Part shown: in pieces, positions 27,992 through 40,634 of the stretch
How the letters are laid out: every line of letters begins with the position of its first letter
Position numbering within the stretch: position 1 is the stretch's first letter
NCBI GenBank assembly: GCA_001949185.1
Contig: BDGG01000012.1
Location: forward strand, 1,232,973 to 1,296,972
Origin: Ramazzottius varieornatus
Lineage: Eukaryota > Animalia > Tardigrada
Length of the DNA: 64,000 nucleotides
Direction of reading: 5' to 3'
Made by a program: the position numbers and the translations under genes
Notes under the pieces: model-generated
Databases searched by the model: none
What the model saw: only the letters and a program-made list of their open reading frames with translations
What the model was told of the DNA's origin: nothing

Positions 27992-28420
27992 AACTAGAAA
28001 GCTCTGTAAGGCCACAATCGTGTCCCGAATGTATCATTGTGGTCAGATGCTTTGATGGCTATATTTATCAGTCGCGAGCCTGAAGAAATAGTCCTTATTC
28101 TTGTGCTAGCATACCATTTTTAACGGACAAGAAATTACGTACTCCCTCATAGACTAGCTGACTCCGATCCGTCGAAATGGTAGGAGAAAGTTCGTTTTGT
28201 TGCCACAGAGCAAGAAAAGTGGCGCCACCATTCTCGTGATCCAGCGAGGGATGCGTCCTTATCCGGTAGATTTTGGAAGGACCTTTCGATGTAAGACAGC
28301 AAAACTTACGCTAATTTTTCGCTGATTGCGCTTGACATCTTGTACCTCGTCCGACCCGTCTGTTTCAAAGTACGGACCGACAGCCCTTTCGCTCGATCGA
28401 AAATTTCGTCCACATTAAGC

Positions 28421-30038
28421 ATGGCCGACGCTACCAAAGTGAAAAACGCCGAGCAGGCTCTTCAGACGTTGCAACATGATGGGAAGTGCCACAGCTTGCT
28501 AAAGAAGTACTACACGAAGGAGGTGGGTCCTTGTAACTTTACTATTGAACTGCATAAACAAGAACGGATGTGAAAGCGGTGTTAGAATGTTCTGAAATTT
28601 TTCGCCCTTTGTTCTTCGACAGGTGATCGAGAAACTTAAAAACAAGTCGACCTCCATGAACGCCACCTTGTGGGACTGTATACAATCAGGTATTACTGTA
28701 GGCTATGAGACCAGCGCCGGCAATTTCCGCCGTCGGTCCCTTATTCCCTTTTGCTCCGGCGAATCTAAGGGATTATGTCGGGGTGTTCTAGGTGTGGTCA
28801 ATCTCGACAGCGGTGTGGGAATCTATGCTCCAGATGCTGAATCTTACGCCACGTTTTCCGATTTGTTTTACCCTATTATAAATGTGAGTAAGTGAATCAT
28901 CCCGCTTGTATACTACAGTGACGTCTCACGAACGTGTTCGTTACCGAGGCAAAATTTCCTCATAGGAGTATCACATCGGTTCGATCTAACTAAAAGTGCA
29001 AAGCATCCGGCTCCCGACTTTGGACTGGACAAGCTGAATTTTCCTAACCCCGACCCGGAAGGAAAATACATCATTTCGACCCGAGTTCGCTGTGACCGCT
29101 CACTAAAAGGCTTCCCCTTCAATCCGTTGCTTGCTCAAGCGGTCTGTGACAAACCAAGGTTCCTCGGGCACAGAATTCGGAATTGTCTGAAGATGCTTAC
29201 CAAAAAACTTCTGTGTTACAGCAGTACTTAGACATGGAGAAAAAAGTTCAGCAAGCACTGTCGGGATTGACTGGCGAACATGCCGGGAAATACTACCCCC
29301 TGAAAGGGATGACGAAGGATGTCCAGAACCAGCTGATCGAAGATCACTTCCTGTTCAAAGAGGGCGACAGGTAAAAACTAAAAAGGCCCAGCAAAGAAAA
29401 AACCTTACACTGCGCTTTACTGATTTTTCTTCCGCTTTCCAGGTTTTTACAAGCTGCCCAACCTTGCCGCTATTGACCAGATGGACGGGGCATTTTCCAT
29501 AACGAGAGCAAAACGTTCATGGTATGGATCAACGAAGAAGACCATTTGCGCATTATCTCGATGCAAAAGGGTGGCGACCTCTTGACCGTTTACAAGAGAC
29601 TCATTACCGTAAGAAGCTCGTCGATGAACGACTACGGTTGTTCCTTAGCCTAAAATCATGGGGAAGTTGAGCATTGGGAAAGTTGAGATTTGGCTTGTTT
29701 CATGATAGGGTGTGCAACAAATGGAAAAGAAACTTCCGTTTTCCCACGACGATCGCCTAGGATACCTGACGTTCTGTCCGACCAACCTCGGCACCACAAT
29801 TCGAGCCAGTGTACACATTAAGCTGCCCAAGATCAGCAAGAACATCGAAGAGTTCAACAAGATCGCCGCGAAGTACAACCTACAAGTTCGCGGCACTGCC
29901 GGCGAGCACTCTGACTCAGTGGGTGGAATTTACGACGTGTCCAACAAGCGACGCATGGGCCTGACGGAGTTCCAAGCCGTGAAAGAAATGTACGACGGAG
30001 TTGTCGAGCTAATCAAGCTGGAAAAAAAAAGTCAGTGA
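28421..30038 (+). pseudogene. Argk: Arginine kinase with an apparent 1-nt frameshift (~28978) and an in-frame TGA (29474-29476)
   Basis: [48 protein letters not shown] and [13 protein letters not shown]. Reads CRY*PDGRG where the family has CRYWPxGRG. Confidence 0.85.
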
Positions 30039-31151
30039 TGCCTTTGGTGAAGCTAATGAAGAGCTAATTACAAGTGCGCTTCCGCTTTTGATTCACATGA
30101 GAGATGGAAGCCTAGTCTTCCATTTACATTGCCGGTACATGTCCGGTCGAGTCCACACTACCGTAGATTCCAGCTCAAATTTATGCTCGAATTCTAAAAC
30201 CTTCATCGATACCATGTTGGTATTTACTGTCTTGTTGCCCGTTCAATCCGCCGTCAAACTTTAACGGATACGTATGTAGATAAATTAAATGAACTCCACA
30301 TATAAGACCGCTTAAAGTAGGAGGTATGGGACCGGGCATGACCACTGGCAGGGTTCTGGTCTTGAAATTCGACGGTTTCTGCTTCACTTTACGCAAGACT
30401 GCTCTTTTTGAAGCAGCTGAACTTTAATGGGAAACTGAAGCAATGTCCATTGCAGGAGGAAGTAGAAGAAGGCGAACGCGGCGAGGGTAGCAGAGCGTGA
30501 GGGTTGGTACGTGCCCTGCTACAGTGCGGGGCACGCTGTCCGGGACACAGCTGCCAACAATTACTTTGTCATGCATCCGTTCATCCGTTTTCTTACACCA
30601 CTAGCTTCGATCAACAAGTCGACATCAATGTCGTAATTCTCTGTTGAATGAACTCGGGGTACGCTAGGTCCATACGCCTAGTACGATCCTAGATTGCCGG
30701 TGATCAAGAGCTTATTCATCCCACCTGAGTGACCCAGTTTATCATCGATCGCACCCATTTTCTGATAACTGCCGTTATCCAATGTTGGTTCGCATTCGTT
30801 CCGCTTCGAAATTCTGCTGAGCATAGAATCCATTGTGAGGTTTGTTAAACTCAAACATAGAGTTGTTGTTAGCTCGGAACCAACCTTTGTGTGCCGTTGA
30901 TCTTGCAAGTATCATGGAATTTTGTGAGTTGTTGTTCGTGTTGCCAGCGTTAAGGCGGTCAATAACGAGTCAGCGGGTAAACAAGTTATTCTACGCAATT
31001 TTATGACAGCTGAAGAGTTCGGCCCGATCTTTGCGATGGTCTTCCGAACAATGGAACTATCGCTCGTTGATTGGAGGATTCGGTCTAACGGATCACAGGG
31101 ACCTTCTTGAGTGCTTTCGCTAGTGCACCCGGATAAGGGGACGGAGACACC

Positions 31152-32577
31152 ATGGCGGATGGCTTCGGAGTGAAATGCACGAAGTAAGTTCAGATGTGGG
31201 ATTCTATAGTAAATAATGCCTCAATAACGATCGTACAGTATGAATGTGACTTAAATGGTCGAACCCGGAAGTCGGTTGGAATAGTAAAGAATATTGTCCA
31301 GCTCATTCTGCTGATTTCAGGTATACATTGTTCGCCTTCAATCTGATCTTCTTCATGTGTGGTCTTGCCGTTCTCGGTGTCGGTATCTGGTTCATGGTTG
31401 ACAAATCCTCTTTTGTAACTCTGACCGCTCGGGCTCCTGATATATACGGAGACCTCGGACGCTATTCATCTGCCGACACCGTCCTTCAGCAAACAGCTTA
31501 TCTGTTGGTGGCTGCCGGTATCCTGTCCATCGTTGTGGCCTTTATTGGATGTTGGGGAGCTATCAAGGAGTGGCGACCACTCCTGATCGCGGTAAGTTGG
31601 GAAAGCTGCAAAGAAAACGGATGAATTCCTGCTGTTGTTCGGAATTTAACAAATGTAATTTCACCAGTTGATTTTTCCTTTCAGTACGCCGTCTTACTTT
31701 TGATGATTCTGGGGCTGGAGATCGCAGCCGGTATTTATGCAGCAGTTTTCCGAAGCACGTCCGGTGATTACATTGTAAGTCGCGCCGAACAAACCGGAAA
31801 CCCTTTCGTCAGTTTCTCGCGTGTGGACTGTCGCAGACTCTCACCTCGATGTTCAATCGTAGGCAACAACAATGGCCACCACTCTCATAAGGCAGTACCA
31901 AAACCGAGGACTGGTTATGTATAATAAAACGGAGGCAGTTGTCAACCGCGAAGCCAATTTCTGGACCAAAGCTTGGGACCAAATGATGGTCCAGGTACGG
32001 AAGAGAACTTGCTTTTCAGCATAGCTATGTTGCTCATACGGAATTTTGGATCTTCGCAATAGCTGGAATGCTGCGGTGTCAGAAACGGTTTTGATTTTAT
32101 CAGCCCGGGTCCCATGGGCGTCCTGGAGCAATATCGGGATACTGGTAAGTAAAAGGACAGCCCTCCATTATGAAGATTCAAACATTCTTCACCGGTACCG
32201 TTGATGATTTGCAGATGCTCCTCTTGCCTGTTGTCAGTTCAAGAATCGAAATAATTTCTACATAACATTAGTGTCGCCGGGAGAATGCGATGTAGCGCGG
32301 ACCAAAGGGTGGACCAACTGGGAACGAGTAAGCCGCTTCGCGTAATTATATCCTTGTTCACCTCCGAGATTCCTCATCAAGCAAACGATTGGTGAAGACC
32401 AACTGTGTCTTTATGGCTCTTGTATTTCAGGGATGCCTACCTCGACTAATAAACTGGCTCGACGAGAACCTGCGCATCCTCGTCGGGGTCGGCATCGGTA
32501 TCGGTCTAGTCCACATATTCGGGATCATATTCGCTTTCTGCCTGTGTATGGCCATTCAAACGCGGAAGGATCCCTAA
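31152..32577 (+). CDS. Tetraspanin
   Basis: CTKYTLFAFNLIF, FIGCWGAIKE, LECCGV (CCG motif), PLACC and four transmembrane segments. Confidence 0.93.
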
Positions 32578-32870
32578 CCATGGAGTCCTCGTGCTCTCAC
32601 AAAGAGCACGACAATTGCGAGCTGCCAGAAGACGATACGCCAAAGCAGTTGAAACATGCCAAACTGGGATACTGGAAGATACGGCTAACCCACCAGACAC
32701 CGGTGCCAAAGCTGACGGATCTGGAAGAGATACAGAAATATTTTATTAGAACCCTTTCCAGTGAAAATGACATTCTTCTAACACTTCCGGGTTCTGAACA
32801 TACCGATCACACAGTATTATCGTAGCAAGGCAATTCATATTAGAAAATGAAACAAGGACGTGAGTAAGCG

Positions 32871-33621
32871 TTACGGAGAAACTTGCTGTCGAGGAAGGTC
32901 TGGCCGGTTCTTTTCAGCTGCTCGAGCTGTCGGAAGTTTCATCGGTCCCAGAAGAGCAGCATCGGCTTCGAGTAGCGTCAGATCGCGGTCCGCGCCGAGG
33001 AATCTGGTGGACAGTTCCAGCGAAGCTAGCCGCACTCGGACGAATGCGCCGCGGTAATACTCTTGCTCGTTCTGCGAAGGCCTCTTGCAGACGCAGTGGA
33101 ACTTCCCTCCGAAGTCGATGTACATATCGTCTTCGACAATGTGACTTATCCGCCCCACCACAACTTTTCCGTCGGGATTACCCAGCTGGATATACTTGGA
33201 CTTTCGTAATATGGACGCGAAGCTTTCTTCCTTTTCCTCCTTGACTTCGGGAGGTTTCGGTGTCGCCATTCCGCGGAACTTTTCGAAAGCTGCGGCGAAC
33301 CCTCTTCTTTTAAATCCCACTGAAATAAGCCCACGAGTCCCATCTACACATAATTATTCACCACAGCGATTTACCGCCAGTTAACTTACCTCGTGTACGA
33401 ACTTCGTCGTAGGGTGCGTCGGTGTTCTCCGTACTGTTCGAAGGGAGTGCGGTGGGGTTACTTGGCTTGGCAGACTCTCCGGGACCAGCAGGCGTATGTG
33501 TGCCCATCTCCTTCTCTCCATCAGAAAAATACCTGGCAGCGACTTGGCATAAGCGTTCATTGTTCCTCAGAATTCGTGTGCAGCTTCCGCCGGAAGTGAT
33601 ATGTCGAGTAACGTGCATCAT
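32871..33621 (-). CDS. MRPS28: Mitochondrial ribosomal protein S28 (bS1m)
   Basis: [16 protein letters not shown]...[28 protein letters not shown]...[21 protein letters not shown], with a mitochondrial presequence exon. Confidence 0.93.
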
Positions 33622-34355
33622 TTCTCCTGTCAGCGTCCGAGTTGTGCTAGGGCAGATAGAAGTCCAGTTGCTCTTTCACTATCCTCTTCCAGACAAGCTG
33701 TACATCATCGCGATGCTTCGAAGAAGATGCCAGAGAGGCAGAGATCGCCACAAACTACAGTCACCAGAAGTCAGTAGTCGCGATAGAGACATGGGTGTAA
33801 CCTTTACATGGTGCTGGATTGGCCCTTGGCCGTGTTTGTACGTATAACGTGACTAACGTCCAAGGGCTGCAAGGGCATGACCAGTTTCGCACAGGGCGGG
33901 GTTGGGATCACCACGTTACACACCCGGGGTTTCAATGCCACCAACAAAGTCACCGCGGCCTGCAACTGCTGAAAATTTTAAATTGAAAACTGCAGCACTT
34001 CAGAGTTTGGATCTTCTAGGTTCTCCGCTGTACTCCCCTCGTTGATGAAGTGGAGGCCTCGCGAGGATTCCGCTTCACCTGCAGCTGATCTTCAAACCTC
34101 TGAGGTAAGCCGAAGGTCGAAGAGGTGCGTTCGGGTAAGACACTGAGGCGGAACAATCGGAACGCCATCTTCGCGCCAGTGTGGTGGTGGACACATTCGC
34201 CATTGTTGTCCTCAAGAACTTACCGATTCCCAATGCTGTTGTTTGTTTCAGTAAGCTCCGGAGGTTGAACTGGAATCAGCTTCGTCCTCGGTGGATAACG
34301 ACGTCGACTTCGACAGATACTGTGTTGCTCGGTACTGTCTCCGTCTTCAGCAACT

Positions 34356-37063
34356 ATGGCGAGCCAGGTGAATCAGCTGTTGATGAATGATAACGCACGA
34401 TCGGAAGTTCCGGAATGCTCAACTTTAACCCTCTTTCATTCTTCCAGAGTAAGGGATATGCGAAGACTAGTGTGACAATCAACGCGAGCAATCGACTCTT
34501 GCAGAACTATCCCACTGTAAGTCCGCAGCCGTCTCCGGCGGGATTTTCCGCTACTGGGCTGTGATGTAATGGAACGCTTTCAGGAACCGATCGGATCGCG
34601 ACCAAGCTACGTTGGAGAACTCGTGTCTCTGCTTCGGGATGGAACGCAGGAGATCCAGAGCATGCTGGAAACCGAATGGTAGGTTAAACACATTATGCTC
34701 GGATTAGAGACGAGGAATTTCTGTACTGAGTTTGTTCATGTGGTTGATTATCTGTTTTTGCAGCGACTTGCGTTTCAACTGCAAGGTAGGTGTCGTCGCG
34801 AACTTGGATACGGTTTTCAGTTTCAAGTTGGAAGGTACGGAGCTAAGAGCAATACTGTGTAGGTTTGCGGGTCCATTCTGCCGTCTACTCGAGCTTTCGT
34901 AATCCATAAGCGTCAGTTCTGCGTGACCAAATTCAGCGAGTACACACGGCGAAACGTCGCTATGATGGAACGCATTTCGAACGTCGTGTCGTTCGAAACT
35001 CGCGGTTTGCAGACGGATGACGATATCATGGACATTGTCAATCCGTGCAACGCCAGACTGCTGATTCCGCTGCCTGATGCACAGAACGGCGTTTCGCTCG
35101 CTCATCCGCCGGCTGGCATGGCATGCGAGGATGCACTCGAAGATGGCCAAAACGATCTGATGAATGGTGACGCCTTTCTGCAAGATGTTCCGACAGGTGT
35201 GGAAGTCATTGAGCCATCTCGTCCTCCGGTAAATCATTCCTGTCGTTCCTTAACAAAAGTAGGCATCTTTGGGTAATTTGATACCTAGGCAAACAAACTG
35301 GGCATGATCGTTTTTCCATGTGGCGCATGCTGCCAGCCAGTAACATGGTAGACGTACGCCACTTGGGAAAACAATCTTGTCGAGTTTGCTTGCCGAGCTC
35401 GTGTTTAATCTTGATAACCAGTAGCGCTACCAATCACCATACATTCGCATGTTTTTAATATTGGGTTTCGTCCGTAGGCTGACGGTCTGTACAAGTTTGG
35501 GCAAGGTGGCATGAACTTGCTGGTGCAGAAAAGAAAGAAGCATCGCATGAACAGCAGCAGCGTTGTTCGCAAGAAGAAGAAGAAAGACATCTCTCCAAAG
35601 AAAGTCCCTCACGGCACTGTCGAAGTAACCACCATCAGTCGTCCTCCCAGAAGCAAGTCTCAGCAGATGCTGGACGCAGTAAACACCCCCACCGACAGTT
35701 CCGCGCATCCAGCTTACAAGATGCGCAAACAAAGTGGGCATTCGCCGTCCCCGTACGCCAGACGCTACGGCGAAACTTCCACCCGATCCAAACGCCTTTT
35801 CACAAGTAAGTGGTAAGACTACTAGAAATCTTACTCCAGGCCACGATATCATCTAAATTCAGTATTGTAAGGTTTCAGTTTCGAATCTTCATCTGATTTT
35901 GTGCGTATGTTATTACAGACGGGTTCAGTGTGGAGTCTTCCAAAGCTTCCAGTCCAGCGATTCCTCTCCCCAACGGCGAAAGCGCAACATCGAGCATAAC
36001 AGACAAGACTTCACCAAAGACTTTCCCCGAACTGACCAGCCGAGATGTGAAGGACCCTGCGTACGTCAAGAAGTTGTTCGCGCAGTTGGACGAAGTAGCT
36101 GACTACGTCAACAAAAGCTGCCGCGAGTGCAACAGACAGGTGGTGTCCATCTACAACCTGGATCGTCACGTGGCCACCCAACACTTGGGTCTACGTGAAA
36201 GTGAGTACAGCTTGATCAGTCGCGAACTGCGCAAGCTACGCAGTGACACGTTCCCCTCGACGAAGAACGATCAGTCAGACAGCCTAAACTCTAGCTCGGA
36301 CAGACTGGATGAAGACAAGAGTCTGGATGAATATGTCATTGCTCAACACCCACCCACTCCAGTAACCGAAGCTAGAATCGATCTGAACATGGAAGTAGTT
36401 TCGCAAAACATGATTTTACTCAACCAGCCGTACACAAATGGTCACTCCACACAGGAAAGAGTAACTGAAGGCGAAACACCAAGAGACATTCCTGTAATAC
36501 AGAAGAATGGCATGGAAAAGTTTCCTGCGGCTCTTGAGAAGCTTCAGGAAGTGAGGAACAGTGAGACGCCAGTGCCTTCTCTGCCAGTAGTGAACTATGT
36601 TCCAACCACGTCACGCAGCAGCGAAATGGCAGACAGTATCACCGAGCGTTTGTCCGCCATCATTCGTAACCCCAACGCGCTGAAAGAGATTTTAACCACG
36701 AAAGATAAGGAGCCCCCGCTACTAGACTATAAGCTCGAAGATCTGGTGGACATTCAGAAGCAGATCTACGAAGCGGCAGACCCTTACCTGCAGTGCTGTC
36801 GCCTCTGCAACAAGCAGTACTTTGACGTCTATGTCCTGAACAGACATGTCATGACTGTCCACCTCCGTCTCCAAGAACGAGCTTGTGGGGCCATCAATAA
36901 GATGATCAAGGACCACATGAAAAAGTACCCACAGGCCTTTGAAGAACAGGGCATTCCTGTCAGTACACTCCTCGCACCCACCTACGTCGGACCACACCCC
37001 GTCAGAGCGGACCAAACATCGCTTCCGCTGAGGTCAGAAGGCATCGCTGCTGACAGCGAATGA
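34356..37063 (+). CDS. ZNF800: C2H2 zinc finger protein, ZNF800-like
   Basis: Spliced small exons give LRDGTQEIQSMLETECDLRFNCKVCGSILPSTRAFVIHKRQFC, matching the ZNF800 N-terminal finger. Two more fingers: CRECNRQ...HVATQH and CRLCNKQ...HVMTVH. Confidence 0.7.
35288..35394. mobile_element. Palindromic MITE-like repeat, copy 3 (ZNF800-like intron)
   Basis: ggcaaacaaactgggcatgatcgtttttccatgtggcgca...cgccacttgggaaaacaatcttgtcgagtttgcttgcc. Confidence 0.75.
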
Positions 37064-37797
37064 AAGAGGGAAAGACAGGAGCCAGAAGTTCGGTCGCATA
37101 TAGTTTTTTTTTCCTTACATTGCTGCGTGATTATTTTCTTGTCATATTCATCTCTCGTAGGTTACTTACCTTTATCGTCGGGCTTTCGATTGAACCCAGG
37201 CTGGTTACTTCACCTGCGAGGCTGGGTTCATGTCGAAGGGGTTTCTTTCTCTCGACTCTTTTTATACAAATTTCATGCTTCCAGTCTTCCAGACAGACGA
37301 AGACTACCTCCCACCCCCATCAAGCGTTGTTGTTATATCTTTTATGTTTCTTATCCATTACTAACTTGCCGTAGCAGAAGGTTGTAGTTTACGCTATGTT
37401 GTTCTCCTTTGTCCTTTCGAAGTGGTTGATCTGGATGTGTTGGCTCATTTTATTACCTGCTCGCTTTCTTTCTTGTGTTATTTTTCGTATCCGTGTTCAT
37501 TAAACAATGCCAAAAATTTCCGCACATTTCACTCAACTTTCTTTACCGCATAAATATGATATCACATACAGAAGTAACCGACGCGATATGAAAGTATACC
37601 TTATAAAACAAAACAAGAGACACCAGATTCTGTTAAACGTTGCGGACGAAGATCATCGAATAAATTGCGAACTAATCTGTACAAACAGCTGCAGTTTGGT
37701 TATCCAGTGTCAATATCGTATTGGAGATGTGAGAAGGAAATGAAAGATGGCTGAACTGTATGGATTATCCCTTGATCTTCCACCGCTGTTTCTGTGT

Positions 37798-40046
37798 TTA
37801 GGAATAACCAAAGTCGCGGTCCTTGAGGACGACTGGAGCGATCAGGGTCCAAACGTACAGGACAACGCAGAACCAACTTGAAGAAATCTTCACCCAAGCC
37901 GATGACTTGCTAGTTGACACGTTCTCGATGCCAGAACCAGACTGGTCGGGGTTCAGCCAGTTAGTCAAGGTCATCATGACGTACAGCGTGCCCAGGGCCA
38001 GCATCTACAACAGATTCAAATGAGACAAAGCGTGACCAAATGCATATACTTTAAATTATAGAAAGCTACCATGTGGAAGAAGCTGTAGCTGTAAGTAACG
38101 CTATCTTCCTCGTCGTCGTAGACCTTGTTACCATCCTCCACATCAGCGTCAGTCGCTAAAGAAAGAAAAGAGTTCATAAGAGCCCGGAAGGGTTCACACC
38201 CATACTACGAGTTCGTACGAGGTGAAGAGGTCTTGAGAGTGGTAGCTTCCGTTGCCCCGGTCAACTTGTCCACGCTGGAATTCGTGGAGTTGCGGATGGT
38301 CGACCAGAGGATACAGCCAAACCAGATCAACAAGCCCACGATCCCGGAAGCCGACACAGCTCGCCCATCTCCTCCGGTTCTGTGCCACGCAGGATAGCAC
38401 GACTTATTGCCATCTGCAGAACAAGAAACGCGGTCTTTGCGGCAATCTGACTACCGAATTTTCAGGAGCGGTTAACGAACATACCTGGCTGATTGCTAAG
38501 AGCTGACCATGTTAAGAACATTACATAGAGGGAGATAATAGAGGCCTGCATCAAACCTGATCGCGGTTGGCCTAGAAAGGATGGAAAAACTCTAAGTCTC
38601 GGTCCGAAAGCCCAGGGAAACCCGCTGTCACTTGCGTTCTTGCACTTTGGGCATGACGGCGACCACGGAGAACAGGATGCACAAGATCATGTTGAAACTG
38701 ATGAAGAACTTGTTGATACCGCAGCCGTCGCTCTGCAGAGTAGAAGAAACAGTATGCACTTCCGCCGAATCATGGCTGACGTATGAAAGATTGGTTACTA
38801 CTTATCGATCGAGGAAGACCATTCTCATTGTTACACACCTGTATGTAGAACACGTAAAGCAGGATCACCGCCGTCAGGGTGAGCGCGTAACACAGCATAG
38901 TGACTCCAACCACACCTAGCGAGATGGAAAAGCATCAAAAGAAAGCGCAAGTCAACTGATGTCCGGTTGTTCACACATCAGCGACCTGATACTGTGTCTT
39001 AGTTATATGGAACAAGGAAGTAATAAACTCAAAATAAGCACTAACCGACATAGTACGCTCGGTTGTCTGTTTCCTCGTACTTTCCGATCCACGTTTCAGC
39101 CCAGCTATGAGCGAGGTCGATGATCAGGACAAGCTGGACCACGATGAACAAGAAACCACCGACCATCCCAATGTACATCCAAGCTGCAAACGATACAATA
39201 CAGATGACCACACTGCACGGAAGGCGACTTCCGTCCGACGGATGGCCGATTTGATCAACTTATTTTGGATAGTGACTCGTCCACTTTATCAACGCGACGT
39301 ACGGACAGAACTAAACCACGTACCTGTGGCGAATTCGTTTCCAGGAATAAAGAACGCACCGACTGCAATGCCAACAACGATAGCGTACTTGAAGAACCAG
39401 AACCTGCGTAAACAACGTTCAAGCATTAATATTAATCAAACTCCACAGTATTCCAAAACGAAATTTACCCATTTTGAATTCCTGCTCGAGGGTCTTTCGA
39501 GCTTTTGGTGTTGAACATCAGAACCATTAGCAGGACAAAGAAGCATGTCAGTGCGAAGCAGATTCGATATACGCCATTATAGCCTGCCACTCGAGCACAG
39601 TCCACTCCGGCGTTCACGTCCGGAACTACCGGAAAGAAGCTTTCCGTGTCGTTGTTGGCGCAAATGTACTTCCTCCCCCAACCCTACAAGTACACAGTTT
39701 GTTAGAATGACCTGTGTATATGGTCTCGTTGCAGGCGTTACTGTTAATGTCGATAGTTCGTACCTCCGCCAGGGATGACTGCACTGCTGGTGACAGCAGA
39801 ATCAGTGACACAATAGTTCCCAGAAACAGCATGATGCCATACATGATCCTCGTGGACGTCGAGTTCCGGCAAGTAGGACAAGAACGACAGCATAGCCCAC
39901 ATGCTGCAGTTCCGCAGCAGCACGCCAGCTAGAAAACAAAGCTTATAATTAGTCTAGCCACCCATGCGGAAGTCAGTAGCACCTAAACAATCACGAACCT
40001 GCGCAATACAGCCTGCTCCTCCGAGCACAGCCAACACAGCGCCCAT
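37798..40046 (-). CDS. SERINC: Serine incorporator (SERINC/TMS1 family)
   Basis: MGAVL..., [47 protein letters not shown] and YVMMTLTNW...WVKISSSW. Confidence 0.95.
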
Positions 40047-40634
40047 GGTCTTGGAAAGTTTTTCTATCGATATCTCCAACGAGCAACAACGGGATGTCAC
40101 CAAGATATTGACAAGCCTCTACGGCACGCTATCCACGGAGTCGATACGCTTGGAACCTCGGCCTTGTTCCTCCGGGCTTAGGCTCTCTCGCTACGGGAAC
40201 TCGGCTACAGCTGCAGGTTCTCAAATCCAAGAGGTGAGAAAGAACGAGAGCTATGACAAAGAGTGCGACGGAGTAGTTGGAGAAGACAGCAGCAACTAAA
40301 TCTGCTTAAATGACCTCATCCATGTTGCTCGGAAAATGAAAATCAATAACGAAGCACAGGAACGAAATTGCGGTTTCACCTGGACACGCGTTAACCTGAT
40401 TGGTTACATGGAGCCACGCCAGGTAATGGCGAGTACTCGTGTGTTTGCTAGCTATCATTCAAACTTTCCGGAATTTCCGGCCGGAAGCCAGGGAGAAACA
40501 TCCCTTTCGAGTTTCGAAGCCACAGTACTAGTGCGCGTGCTGGAAACTTCTTCTCCGTAATCGGTACATGTAGATGCCATAAGGCTGTCTGGATACTTCT
40601 TCGGTCGTTGCAGGTTGCTAGCGCATCTCGGAGA

